This document shows, one piece after another, positions 49,801 through 60,600 of a stretch of DNA of 64,000 nt; within the stretch, counting starts at the first letter, position 1; each line of letters begins with the position of its first letter. The notes under the pieces are model-generated. The model was not told the origin of the DNA and ran no database searches. It worked only from the letters and a program-made list of their open reading frames with translations. Origin of the DNA: Verrucomicrobiota bacterium (GTDB lineage Bacteria; Verrucomicrobiota; Verrucomicrobiia; Limisphaerales; AAA164-E04); the NCBI GenBank assembly GCA_047947115.1, contig CP170459.1:1856001-1920000 (forward strand), written 5' to 3'. A program made the position numbers and the translations under genes.

Positions 49801-52800
49801 CCAGGGTAGCCGCCGCCAGGGCTAGCACGGAAGACATGCCGCGCACGGAGGAAGAGCGTGTTATTTCCAAAATCTGGGCGGAAGCATTGGAACTTGATCA
49901 GGTCGGAATCCGCGACAACTTTTTTGACCTTGGGGGGCACAGTCTTGTGGCGACCCGTATTGCCTCAAGGATTTACAAACAACTTGGAGTTTCGGTGCCG
50001 ATTCGAATGTTTTTCGAGGAATCGACAGTGGAGGCAATAGCCCGAGAGGTTGAGCACGGAAAACCTCTGCCCGAGGAACCTTTGGTGGCGGTGCCTCGGC
50101 AGGATTCCTATCCTCTTTCGAATGCCCAGCGCCGTATGTGGGTTGCAGATCAAGTGAAGGGTGGGGAACCTGCTTACAACCTGGTTGCGCGATACAGACT
50201 CCAGGGATCCTTGAATGTCGAAGCACTTCAAAAAAGCATCTCCTGGGTGGTTGATCGACATGAATCGCTTCGCACATCCATTCATCAGATCGACGGTGAA
50301 CCACGTCAGGTTATCAGTCCGCGAGGTATATTTTCACTGAAAGTTCATGAACGAACCACGGGTGAAGCAGCGGAGGTAATGATTGCCCAGATGGGAAAAG
50401 CCCCTTTCGATTTGGCGGCAACTTCTCTTCTTCGGGTCAGCCTGTTTCCGCTTGGTGCTCAGGAGTGGATACTTGTTTTTTGCCTCCACCACATCATCAC
50501 CGATGGCTGGTCCCTCAGTCTGATGGCCTATCAAATCGGAGTGGCCTACGAGTCATTTTCCGCCGGTCATGCACCAGGGCTACCCGATCTGAAAATCCAT
50601 TACAAGGAATACGCCGATTGGCAGGGACGGGTCATGCGGAGTGGCAAGTTGACACGAGATCGCTCCTACTGGCTCGAACGATTTGGAGAGCATCCTGAAC
50701 CGCTCGATTTGCCTTATGACCATCCGCGTCCGATCGAAAAGTCCTTTGTAGGACAGCACACTCGATTTCAAATGGATAAGGTGCGTCTGGTTGCCCTTCG
50801 AACCCTGGCTGAACGAAACGGAGCGACCTTGTTCATGTCCCTCACCGCTGTCGTCAAGGTTTTGCTGGAACGATTGAGTGGGAATCAGGATATCGTCGTT
50901 GGGACGCCGATCGCCGGCAGGGACCATCCTGACCTGGAAGATCAATTGGGGTGTTATCTGAACACTCTTGCCCTACGGACGACCATTTCAGGCAGAGCCT
51001 CATTCCGGGAAGTATTGCGTGCGGTGAGGACCACGGTGACCGACGCATTCGAACATCGTGAATATCCTTTTGACGTGCTGGTGGATGAATTGCAACTGAG
51101 GCGGGATACTGGACGAGCTCCCTTGTTTGACGTGCTCCTCGGGCTTCAAAGTCAAGCCCCGGTCCTCTTTGGTTTGTCGGGTATTCAGGTGAACTCGGAA
51201 CCCGTGGAAACGGGAAGCAGTAAGTTCGATATTACGTGGAGTTTCGAAGAAGCCGAGGATTGCTTAATGGTCGATATCGAGATCAATACCGATTTGTGGG
51301 ATTCGGAAAGAGCGGGGGATTTTTTCGAACAGTTCCAGCGAATTGTTTCTTTCGCCGTAGAGCATCCGGATGCCGATTTGTCGGAGTTATCCCTGGTGAC
51401 GGATCTGGTCAGAAGGCAAATAGAATCGGAATGGAATCCGGGATGCACACCGTTTCCGGACATGACCGATGTGGCGTCCATGTTTGAAGAACGCGTGGAG
51501 GAATCGCCCGAGGCTATTGCGCTTTGGGATGCCGGCACAGAATTAAGTTATCTCGAATTGAACGGTCGGGCTAACGAGGTGGCTATGGGGTTGCGATCGA
51601 AATTCGAGATCCATCCCGGTGATCATGTTGGCGTGTGCGTTTCCCGCGGAACGGAAGCCATTGTGGTGATCCTGGCGATCCTGAAATTAGGTGCCGTTTA
51701 TGTGCCGATCGATACCTCGTTTCCCGCAGAACGGGCAATTTACCTGGCGCGTGACGGGGAATGCCGCTTGATTGTGAGCGATGAAAGGCAGATGGCGCGA
51801 TTGAGCGAAGGGTTACCGTTCGATTCAGATATTCGCTTGGTGCCAGTCGACCGCTTGTTCGCTCAACTGGAGATGGTTTTCAAAGTGGATGCACGTCGAC
51901 CGGATAACCTCGCATATATCATGTACACCTCTGGATCAACCGGTCTTCCCAAGGGAGTCGCGGTGACACACCGATCGGTTGTGCGTCTGGTTTGCAATAC
52001 AAACTACATCGATCTGAAACAGGGAGATCGTGTGCTGCAGTTCTCGAATATTGCTTTCGATGGTTCCGTGTTTGATATTTTCGGTCCTCTTCTCAATGGA
52101 GCCGCCTTGGTTCTTGTTGACGAGGAAAGTGCTCGGGATCTGGTAAGGTTGCGGGATTTGGTTATGAAAAGCGGTGCGAATATCTCCTTTGTCACGACCG
52201 CGCTTTTCAACCAGTTGGTTGACTTTGATCTCAATTTGCTTGGCAAATTTCGTGCCCTGCTCTTCGGAGGGCAGGAAGCGTCTGTGGATCATGTGAGAAG
52301 AGCCCGTGCCGGCTCATCCGGACTTAAGGAACTGATCCATGTTTATGGTCCGACCGAGACGACGACCTTCGCTACCTTCTATCCTGTCATGAAACTGTCT
52401 GAGGGGTGCCCTCGCGTTCCGATTGGGCGCCCGATCAGCAATACATCGGCCTATGTCTTGGACGCCTACCTGAACCTTCAACCTCCGGGTGTTCCAGGGG
52501 ATCTTTATATAGGAGGACCAGGGTTGGCTAGGGGGTATTGGCGTCATGAGGAGTCAACTCGCGCCCAATTCATTGAGCATCCCTTTCTGAAAGGTGAACG
52601 TCTCTACGCGACCGGGGATCGAGCCATGTGGAATAGGGAAGGCCAGTTGGAATTCCTTGGGCGACGCGATGGTCAAGTCAAGATCCGTGGCTACCGAATC
52701 GAGTTGAGCGAGATCGAGAACGTACTCCTAGGGTATCCGAATTTGTTGCGAGTAGCTGTCACGGCGCGCTCCAACATGTTGGACGGCACGAAGGAGATTG

Positions 52801-54653
52801 TTGCTTATGTTGTCGCGGTGGATGCGTTGGCGCTTGTAGTTGAGGAATTACGGACTTTCATGTCGAGGAGACTTCCAGATTACATGATCCCTGCCCACTT
52901 CGTCGCGTTGGAGGAACTTCCGATAACGCCTAATGGCAAAGTGGACACGAAAGCCTTGCCTGATCCCGATGGGGTCGGTTTAGGGGGCGGCAAGGGCGGT
53001 ATGGAGGCCCGCAACGATCAGGAAAGTACCTTGTTGGCGATTACCAGAGAGATCCTGCGGCGGACAGACATGGGGATTTTCGATAATTTCTTCTCCATGG
53101 GTGGAGATTCGATCAAGGCCATTCAGATTGCCGCTCGTCTGCATGAAATGGGGTATCGGCTTGAGGTCAGGGACATCTTTCTGCATCAGACGATGGAAGA
53201 ACTCGCCGCCGTGCTTCGTCCGGTCGACCCACCGGTGTCTCAGGAGGCCGTTCGCGGCGTGGCGCCGCTAGGGCCGACTCAGAAGTGGTTTTTCGATAGG
53301 ATTCAGGATCAAGCAGGAGGTCATCACTTCAATCAAAGCGTGCGATTGCGATTCCGTGTGCGCATGAAGCTAGAGTGGATCAAACAGGCGCTCGAACAAC
53401 TAGTGATTCATCATGATGCGTTGCGGTGCCGTTTTCGAACGAGTGATCAAGGAGATGTCATCCAGGATTATTCCGACACAACCGTTCGTTTCCGGTTGGA
53501 GACCTTGAGGTCCGTCGAGGAGGGATCTGGCTGTGATGTTCATTGTGTCCAAGCACTTCAGCGTTTGCAGGGTGGGATGTGTCCTGAAGATGGCATGTTG
53601 CTGGGGGCTTTGTTGATTCATGGGGAAGTTTACGATGAAATAGTCATTTCAATTCACCATCTCGCTGTGGATACGGTTTCCTGGAGAATTCTGGCTGAGG
53701 ATCTTGAAGCCTTATTGAACGCGGCTCGCATGGATCAATGCGTTTCGTTGCCCGAAAAAACCACATCCTACATGCAATGGGCCAGTGCGCTGCGCGAAAC
53801 CATCTCGCGGCGGCAACAGTGGTTGACCGAGGAAGAGTCCTTCTGGGAGGCGAGCATTCCCCAACAAATACCCCACTTGTTTGAAGGCCATTTGATGGAG
53901 ACGCCCGGATCGGTGGCCAACGACAGTGCGTTACGACAGGAGTTTCCGGAAGAATCAACCCAGGGCTTGCAGGCGCATGCCGCGAATCGTCCAGGTATCG
54001 GGATGATGGCCCTTTTACTGACAGCCGTCTCAAGGGCGCGCGCTACTCTGGGGGAAGTCTCACCCTTGTTTTGTGCGTTGGAGGGACATGGTCGCGACTT
54101 GTTCGTCGGGGAATCCCTTGAAGTGAATCGTACAGTGGGCTGGTTTACCCACATATACCCTATCTCGATACGACCTGATGAGTCTGGGACAGAGTCGTTC
54201 GGCGACGGATTACTGCGAATCGCCGAGGAACTTGCGCTTGTTCGAAGCAAGCAAATGCCTTTTGTCTTGACCCAATTTGGCAGGAGCTCGAGATTTCCGT
54301 TGAGCGTTAACTACCTCGGGGAGTTTGAATATTCCGCCGAGGGTGGGCTTCTTCAAAGGATCAACGGGGAAGTCGGGCTTTTGGTAGATAAACAGCTTCC
54401 ACGATTTCATGAAGCCGACTTGGTCGCAGAGATTGTCAATGGGCGATTGGTGATAACTCTCTCTTACTCGGTCGTTCAATATGAACCCGGACGTTTGAAT
54501 GATTTTTTCCGTCGCGTCATTGATGAATTGGAAACGGCCGCAAAGGTGACATCGTTCGATTGGGGGAAAAACAGTTCCGTTGCAAGTAAATTTGATGTCG
54601 AGTTCCAGGATTCGGAATTGGATGCGCTGCTGGATAGCTTGGGATCGGATTGA
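46872..54653 (+). CDS. Bimodular NRPS: C-A(Thr)-PCP-C-A(Ile-like)-PCP-E
   Basis: Two C domains (HHIILDG, HHIITDG); A codes read by eye DFWNIGMVHK and DGFFLGVTFK; GGHSL and GGDSI; E motifs. Confidence 0.96.
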   Translation: MLRQEQIAETYPLTPLQEGMLFHEREGTSGQAYFEQFAFTFEGELDIDLFFSSWNEVIRRHPVLRTIFAFQKAARPMQLVLKEWEAKPEILDWRSMDSHRVDSDLETLKRDDRQRPFQLNKEPPTRWTLVMLPDRKMVVLWSHHHIILDGWSGGVLLKEVLEVYQSKLLGEVQEWKAPPSFKSFVEWLEQTDSSVGLEHWDRVMATMDEIPQLPRAVERSEDGTYVLETIKFELTRAHSQALERLALECEMTLGSLTQFLWGMVAARCAGNLHTAFLTIVSGRSPTFPGIEDSVGLFINSVPVVVAAEAEDSLKAFVERSYDAWLDSEQYHHVSLSEVQGRLGRGRHFDHLFVFINYPMDKMLDAFQQKSLGFRLVKVDVFEHSNYDLEVIVHPGDRIRFDFKYNSHVYSSEIVSGLAEAMRILLEQAGSSPNPLVSDLELVSEETRLRLMNWGKVRAPKEGVPSIIRRFHSTALQFPDRMALISEEGNVSYRALWAAVTSLAEEMREKHGIGPGDRVGVCMHSGRGMVLGILAVLHAGGVYVPLDPNYPLERLRWMVEDSQMRLLILEDELQARFEVMGVRAFLIQVFPNAQGETLEESEPGIEVGDDDPAYVIYTSGSTGNPKGCVVSHGNVAKLFQHEGFQFDFNEKDVWILAHSFCFDFSVWEMYGALLFGGVLVLPPQEARRNPVQMVRLVREHGVSVLNQTPGAFLQFVQAHFDEHECLSLGALRWVIFGGDRLEPSRLKLWIRRYPLERVRLVNMYGITETTVHVTFYRLTETDVEAGLGGRSPIGLPLPHMEAYLCDPCLKLVPPGIPGEFYIGGSGVSLGYLNRPELTEHRFLHSPFRHGERVYRTGDLGIWHPDGRLEYIGRNDTQAQIRGFRVEMGEIEVRVQQLPGVREAVAMPVSVGSGEDEAIAAYLLLEDEVKRRGEFSSEFARKFLAERIPTYMVPSFFIVLDSFPLNHNGKIDRHALPDPRVAAARASTEDMPRTEEERVISKIWAEALELDQVGIRDNFFDLGGHSLVATRIASRIYKQLGVSVPIRMFFEESTVEAIAREVEHGKPLPEEPLVAVPRQDSYPLSNAQRRMWVADQVKGGEPAYNLVARYRLQGSLNVEALQKSISWVVDRHESLRTSIHQIDGEPRQVISPRGIFSLKVHERTTGEAAEVMIAQMGKAPFDLAATSLLRVSLFPLGAQEWILVFCLHHIITDGWSLSLMAYQIGVAYESFSAGHAPGLPDLKIHYKEYADWQGRVMRSGKLTRDRSYWLERFGEHPEPLDLPYDHPRPIEKSFVGQHTRFQMDKVRLVALRTLAERNGATLFMSLTAVVKVLLERLSGNQDIVVGTPIAGRDHPDLEDQLGCYLNTLALRTTISGRASFREVLRAVRTTVTDAFEHREYPFDVLVDELQLRRDTGRAPLFDVLLGLQSQAPVLFGLSGIQVNSEPVETGSSKFDITWSFEEAEDCLMVDIEINTDLWDSERAGDFFEQFQRIVSFAVEHPDADLSELSLVTDLVRRQIESEWNPGCTPFPDMTDVASMFEERVEESPEAIALWDAGTELSYLELNGRANEVAMGLRSKFEIHPGDHVGVCVSRGTEAIVVILAILKLGAVYVPIDTSFPAERAIYLARDGECRLIVSDERQMARLSEGLPFDSDIRLVPVDRLFAQLEMVFKVDARRPDNLAYIMYTSGSTGLPKGVAVTHRSVVRLVCNTNYIDLKQGDRVLQFSNIAFDGSVFDIFGPLLNGAALVLVDEESARDLVRLRDLVMKSGANISFVTTALFNQLVDFDLNLLGKFRALLFGGQEASVDHVRRARAGSSGLKELIHVYGPTETTTFATFYPVMKLSEGCPRVPIGRPISNTSAYVLDAYLNLQPPGVPGDLYIGGPGLARGYWRHEESTRAQFIEHPFLKGERLYATGDRAMWNREGQLEFLGRRDGQVKIRGYRIELSEIENVLLGYPNLLRVAVTARSNMLDGTKEIVAYVVAVDALALVVEELRTFMSRRLPDYMIPAHFVALEELPITPNGKVDTKALPDPDGVGLGGGKGGMEARNDQESTLLAITREILRRTDMGIFDNFFSMGGDSIKAIQIAARLHEMGYRLEVRDIFLHQTMEELAAVLRPVDPPVSQEAVRGVAPLGPTQKWFFDRIQDQAGGHHFNQSVRLRFRVRMKLEWIKQALEQLVIHHDALRCRFRTSDQGDVIQDYSDTTVRFRLETLRSVEEGSGCDVHCVQALQRLQGGMCPEDGMLLGALLIHGEVYDEIVISIHHLAVDTVSWRILAEDLEALLNAARMDQCVSLPEKTTSYMQWASALRETISRRQQWLTEEESFWEASIPQQIPHLFEGHLMETPGSVANDSALRQEFPEESTQGLQAHAANRPGIGMMALLLTAVSRARATLGEVSPLFCALEGHGRDLFVGESLEVNRTVGWFTHIYPISIRPDESGTESFGDGLLRIAEELALVRSKQMPFVLTQFGRSSRFPLSVNYLGEFEYSAEGGLLQRINGEVGLLVDKQLPRFHEADLVAEIVNGRLVITLSYSVVQYEPGRLNDFFRRVIDELETAAKVTSFDWGKNSSVASKFDVEFQDSELDALLDSLGSD

Positions 54654-54684
54654 TTGGATTAACACTGAGTAGTTTTTTTGCCGG

Positions 54685-57600
54685 ATGAAAATCAAGAAAG
54701 AGCACATTCAGAACATCTGCAAATTAACTCCGCTTCAGGAGGGGATGCTCTTTCATGCCCTCTTGGACCCGGATTCAACTGCATATATAGAATTGACCCG
54801 TTACCATCTATCGGGGAATTTGGACCTGGATGCGTTTCGCTCCTCATGGGAGCAGCTGGTCGCTCGTCATGAGGCCCTGAGGACGGTGTTTTTGCACAAA
54901 AACACCCCAGAGCCGGTTCAGGTCATCCTCAAGCATCGTCCAATCGAGTTCTCATATGAAGACCTGTCTGTGTTGGATCCCGAGATTCAGGACGAAGCCT
55001 TAAACTCGCGCATGATTCAGGAAGGATCGCATAGGTTCGATCTCAGCCAAGGCCCATTGATGCGTCTCTTCGTGTGTGGGCTGTCTTCAGAGTCGCATGA
55101 GGTGTTCTGGACATATCACCACATCATTCTTGATGGTTGGAGTCTTGGGGTGTTACAGAAGGAATTCTGGGAGATATATCATGCGCTTGCAAACGGAGGG
55201 GGAGCGCATTTGAGGAAACCGGCGCCTTTTTCAAACTACGTCAAATGGTTGCGCTCCCAGTCAGTGGAATCAGCCGAGACCTATTGGAAGCATCGCTTCG
55301 CGCATCCATTGCCGCCTCCGTCATTCCAGCGGTTCGTCAAAAGGTACCCCAAAAAACCATTTTCACGTGACTCCTTTGAAGTTTTTTTCTCTAAGGAAAT
55401 ATCCGAGGGTGTTCGGTCCTTTGCCAGAAGGAATAGAATTTCCTTGAATGCGGCCTTACACGCTGGTTGGTCTATTACCCTCAATGCTGTTTTGGGAATT
55501 GAGGATGTGGTCTTCGGAGAGACCGTGTCCGGACGACACCCGGAGATCGCTGGTGTGAACGGGATGGTCGGATTGCTGATCAATGCCGTGCCTGTCCGTG
55601 TGACATTACGCCGCCAGGAATCATTGAGAGACCTCGCGCTACGGGTGCATGGGGATGCTGTGGAAGCCGAACCTTACCAATTTGCAGCCCTTCCACTCAT
55701 TCAGTCGACGGTGGGAGCGAATGGCTCCCTCTTTGACCATATTTTGGTTTTTGAAAATTATCCGGAAGCCGAGGAAACAGAGCATGCCGACTCCAGGCGT
55801 CGTTTGGTCATCAACCGATTTGAGCACGTGGATCATACGAACTACGGATTAACGGTTCAGTTCATGCCTGCGGAACAATTGGGAATTCGATTCATCTTCG
55901 ACAATAATACTTACGAACCATCCTTGTTGCACCGTGTGGCTGAAACATTCCAAAAGGCGATTAATGGTTTTTGCCACCATGGCGATTTAACGGTGGAAAA
56001 ATGGTTGCTCGAACGTGGGGGGGCAAGCCTTGTAGTCGAAAACGAGTTTTCCGTGGTTTTGACCGCCACCTTTACCGCGGATTTCTTTACAACGGGACTT
56101 GCGGCGTTCGGTCGGCTGTTTGGCCTGCCTATCCGTGTCAAGATCGCCCCCTATCATCAGGTGTGTCAGGAGTTGCTCAATCCCGGAAGCCTTACGGCAT
56201 CCAACCAGGGCATCAACATCCTGCTGGTACGGTGGGAAGATTTTCTTCCCGAGACGGATGCCAAGGAGGCGGTCACCTCCACTTTGGAAAGGGCCTTTGA
56301 GGATGTTTGCCATGCTGTGTTGGCGAGACGGGGGGCTGGGAGGTATGCATGCGTGTTGCTGCCGGTTGATCCGGGATCCTCGGAATGCGTCCAAAGGATA
56401 CAGCGTCAGTGGCGTGAATTCCTTATCCGGGAGACCAATCTGGAAGTGATCGATGGAACTCGGTTGGAACAAAATTACGCCATTGATGGAGTATTTGATT
56501 CGCAGTCTTACCGAGTTGGGAGAATACCTTTTTCCGATCAATGGTTCGCTGCGGCCAGTGCGCTGTTGTTCCGTTCTCTGATGGCTTCGAAGAAGTCCGA
56601 GTTTAAAGTGATCGCCGTCGATTGCGATTATACCCTTTGGGACGGTGTATGTGGTGAATTGGGGCCGACGGAAGTCCGGATTGGACCTTCCCACAAGGCT
56701 CTTCAGAATTACCTTGTTGAAAAGGCAGCCGAAGGTTTTCTAATCGTGCTGGTTAGTAAGAATCGGGAATCAGATGTGTGGGGGGTATTCGAGAAACACC
56801 CAGACATGCAGTTAAAACTCTCCGACTTGGTAACGACTCGAATCAATTGGAACGCGAAGTCGGATAATTTATGTTCTATCTCCAAGGAATTGAATGTTGG
56901 CTTGGATAGTTTTGTTTTTATTGATGATTCACTCGTCGAATGTTTGGAAGTGCTCAATCATGTTCCGGAAGTGCTTGTTGTCAGGGCCCCGGACGCGGAT
57001 ATCGCTGATCCGGACCTCTATTTTTCCCACGTTTGGGCTTTTGATCGATTTCGCATCACCGAAGAAGATCGGCAACGGGGAGAGATGATGCGGGCAGAGC
57101 AAGCACGGAAGCAAGCATGCAGCGAGATGTTGGTTTCCACGGATGACAACAGGAGCGGGACGCAACTGGATCGATTCATCCGCTCCTTGGAGGTCGAAGC
57201 AGACCTGCGACCAATCGCCGAGCATCAATGGGCTCGAGCGGCTCAACTGACTTTGCGCACGAATCAGTTCAATTTGACAGCCCACAGAATGTCCGAACAT
57301 GAATTGCGGGCATGGGCCGAGAATGAACAGAGTTTTGCCTGGATCGTTCGAGTGCGGGATCGCTTCGGTGATTACGGCGTTACGGGGTTGATTTGCGGTC
57401 GCGTCGAAGGTTCCGATCTCATCTTAGATCAATTCCTGTTGAGTTGCCGCATCCTTGGTCGTGGCGTTGAGGAGGCTATCTTGAAAGGGTTGAGCCAACA
57501 CCTGGATAAGAGGATCATAGGCGCCTTACGAGTTTGCTTTCTTCGGACGGAAAGAAACCAACCCGCACTGGATTTCCTCGAACGCTCGGCTTGGAGCTTG

Positions 57601-60600
57601 GTAAGGGACATGGGACAAACGGCCGAGTATCGCATAGAATTAAAATCTATCAGTCAACTCAAGATCTCGTCCAAGATTATCGTTCATCAACACCCTGAAC
57701 CGGAACAAACAGTCGAACTCGACGTTCCAATGAAATCTCCGGGCATGGCCGTAGACGAGAAACCGAATACCCAGCGCATACAAGATTGGTCGAACTGGAT
57801 CAACTTACCGGAGAGCAAGGATCCCCGTAATCGAGCCTACAGTGAAATGCTTCGATTGACTCACGCATCGTCCCTTCTTGCGTTGATAAATCAAATTTCG
57901 AACACGGACAATCCGTCTGTTTCCGTGGGAGGAAAACTCCCTCGTTCAGGAAATCGGAAAAGTCGGCCGAGCTTCGCACCTGCAACAACAGGAACTGAAA
58001 AGATACTCTTGTCGGTCTGGGAGGATTTGCTCGGATTGAACCAGATTGGAATCGACGAGGATTTTTTTGACATTGGAGGACATAGCTTAAAGGCAACGAG
58101 AATGGTATCTCGGATTCACAAGGTCTTTCAAAAGGAGATCAGTTTGAGTTCCGTGTTTGAAGAAAGGACCATCCGCCAATTAGCCCGCAAAATCGATGGA
58201 GGGCGGAACGATTGGGAAAAGATTCCGAAGCTTGCGAGCGGAGTTGAATTTGTTCTTTCACATTCCCAGCACAGGATGTGGGCCCTCCATCAGTTGGAGC
58301 AGAACTCTATAGCCTATAACAGTACGGGTTTTTACTGGATCAAAGGCGACGTTGATGTCGAACGGTTGCGAAATGCACTGGTCTCCGTTATCCAGGAACA
58401 TTGCGTCCTTCGTGCAGTTTTTCAAGATACCGAGCAAGGTCTTCGCATGATCGTTCGGGATTATGACGATTCTCAGGTTGTCATTATCACTGAAAGTGAA
58501 AGAGGCCGTCCCTTGTCGACACAGGACTTGGAACTTTATGCGAACGATATTACCCGGAAATCGTTCCGCTTGGATTGCGGTCCTCTTTTCTTGGTAAGAG
58601 TGTTGGTGATGGATTCTGGACGCATCCTGCTCGCCTTGCATATGCACCATATCGTCAGCGACGGAGGATCTCTCGATCTTTTTCAACGGGAAGTAATGAC
58701 GCGTTATTCCACAAGTCTCACGACTGATGAAAGCAGCGGTTTCGAAAGAACCAAAAAAGGAATTAGTTATCCCGATTATGCCGTTTGGCACAATCAATGG
58801 GTGGTGAGCGAATCCGGCCTTCGATCCCGTGATTATTGGATACGTCAGTTGACGAAGTTGCCACCACCGCTTCCTCTGCCGACGGATCGTACTCGACCAC
58901 CTGTCCAGTCCTTTCGGGGTGCGGCCGTGAAAATACGTTTGGCGGCACCCGAATGGGAACGTTTAGTCGAGCTTTCATTGAATGAAGGAGGTACTCGGTT
59001 TTCCGCGTTCGTGGCGATTGTTAAGATCCTGCTTCACCTGCACTCTCGGCAAGAGGACATTTTGATAGGCACTGTGGTAAGTGGGCGAGACCATCCCGAT
59101 TTGGAATCGGTCGTAGGTTTGATCGCTAACACGATCGCTTTGCGAGACATGTTGGATGAGGCATCCACCGTGAACGACGTGTTCAGTCAAGTAGCCAAAA
59201 CTTGTCGAGAAGCTTTTTCCCATCAGGGATATCCTTTTGATTTAGTGTTGGAATCCTTGAATTTGGAACGGGATCTCAGTCGTTCGGCGCTGTTTGATGT
59301 CATGGTCAATTACCATGGTGATGTTCCAAACTCCGAAGAGAATCCGATTGTCTTCGAAGAGTGGGAAATCGACTCACCTTTATCCCGCTTCGATTTGACG
59401 TTCAATGCCCTTGAATCCGAATCCGGGCTCATCGTCAAGCTCATCTACAACGTGGACATATTTGATCGGGAACGGATGGATCGGATCGGACAGCGTCTGT
59501 GCGCCTTGGCCTCCAATGCCAGTCAGGATCCTTCCGTGAAGCTCATGGAACTGAACATGCTTCCCAAACAGGAAATAGCATGGTTGCATAGCCGATTCTA
59601 TCCAGAACGCGTTGATTACCCGACTCATCTAAATCTCACGGAGATATTGGATGAAGTGGCGACAGCCCATGGCTCGACCCTGGCATTGGCATCGAACGCA
59701 TTGAGACTTACCTATTCCGAGCTGGTGACGGCGACCGTCCATATCGCGGATGCCCTTGGAGAAACGCTTGGTGACTGCCGTCGACAGATCGTAGCCGTAT
59801 CCATGACATCGCGTCCTCTTTCGGTGGTGGCAATGTTGAGTGTGATGAGGGCGGGCGGATGTTATTTGCCTGTTGATCCTTCCTATCCCAAGGAGAGAAT
59901 CGATTACCTTTTGAATGATTCTGGAGCTTGCGTGTTGATCACCGATACGGAGCGACATGAGATAGGAGACTTGGCTGGAGAACTCAAAGTGATGACGGTG
60001 GATCTTTCCTTCCTTGCCGAAATCACCGCCGGTGGGGCTTCAACTCCCCTATCGAGACGGTCTTATGCGGAGGGCTCTGATCCGGCCTATGTCATCTATA
60101 CATCGGGCTCGACCGGACGGCCCAAAGGAGTCAGCGTGACGCATCAAGCCTTTGTCAACATGATCACCCAACAGATAAAGACCTTTGATGTGCGGCCAAA
60201 TGATCGCGTTGTAATGTTCGCTTCATTGTCTTTCGATGCATCTTTGTCGGAGATTTTTATGGCGCTATTGAGCGGCGCAACACTTTACTGTCCGTCGCGG
60301 GAATGCATTCTGGACGGACGCCGACTGGTCGAATACATCCAAGACGAACAGATCACCATAGCCACCTTACCTCCACTGTATCTCAGGGCGCTGGGGCAAC
60401 CGGATCTAGGAACACTGAAAACACTGATTACAGCTGGTGAATCCGCGGTGCCCAAAGATGCGGCACATTATTCCAAGGATGGACGCCTGCAATATATCAA
60501 CGCTTACGGTCCCACAGAATGTTCCGTATGCACGAGTATGTTTCTTGTTCCTCGGGGATGGCGGGGAGAAAAGGTTCCCATTGGCAAACCTCTGGACAAC

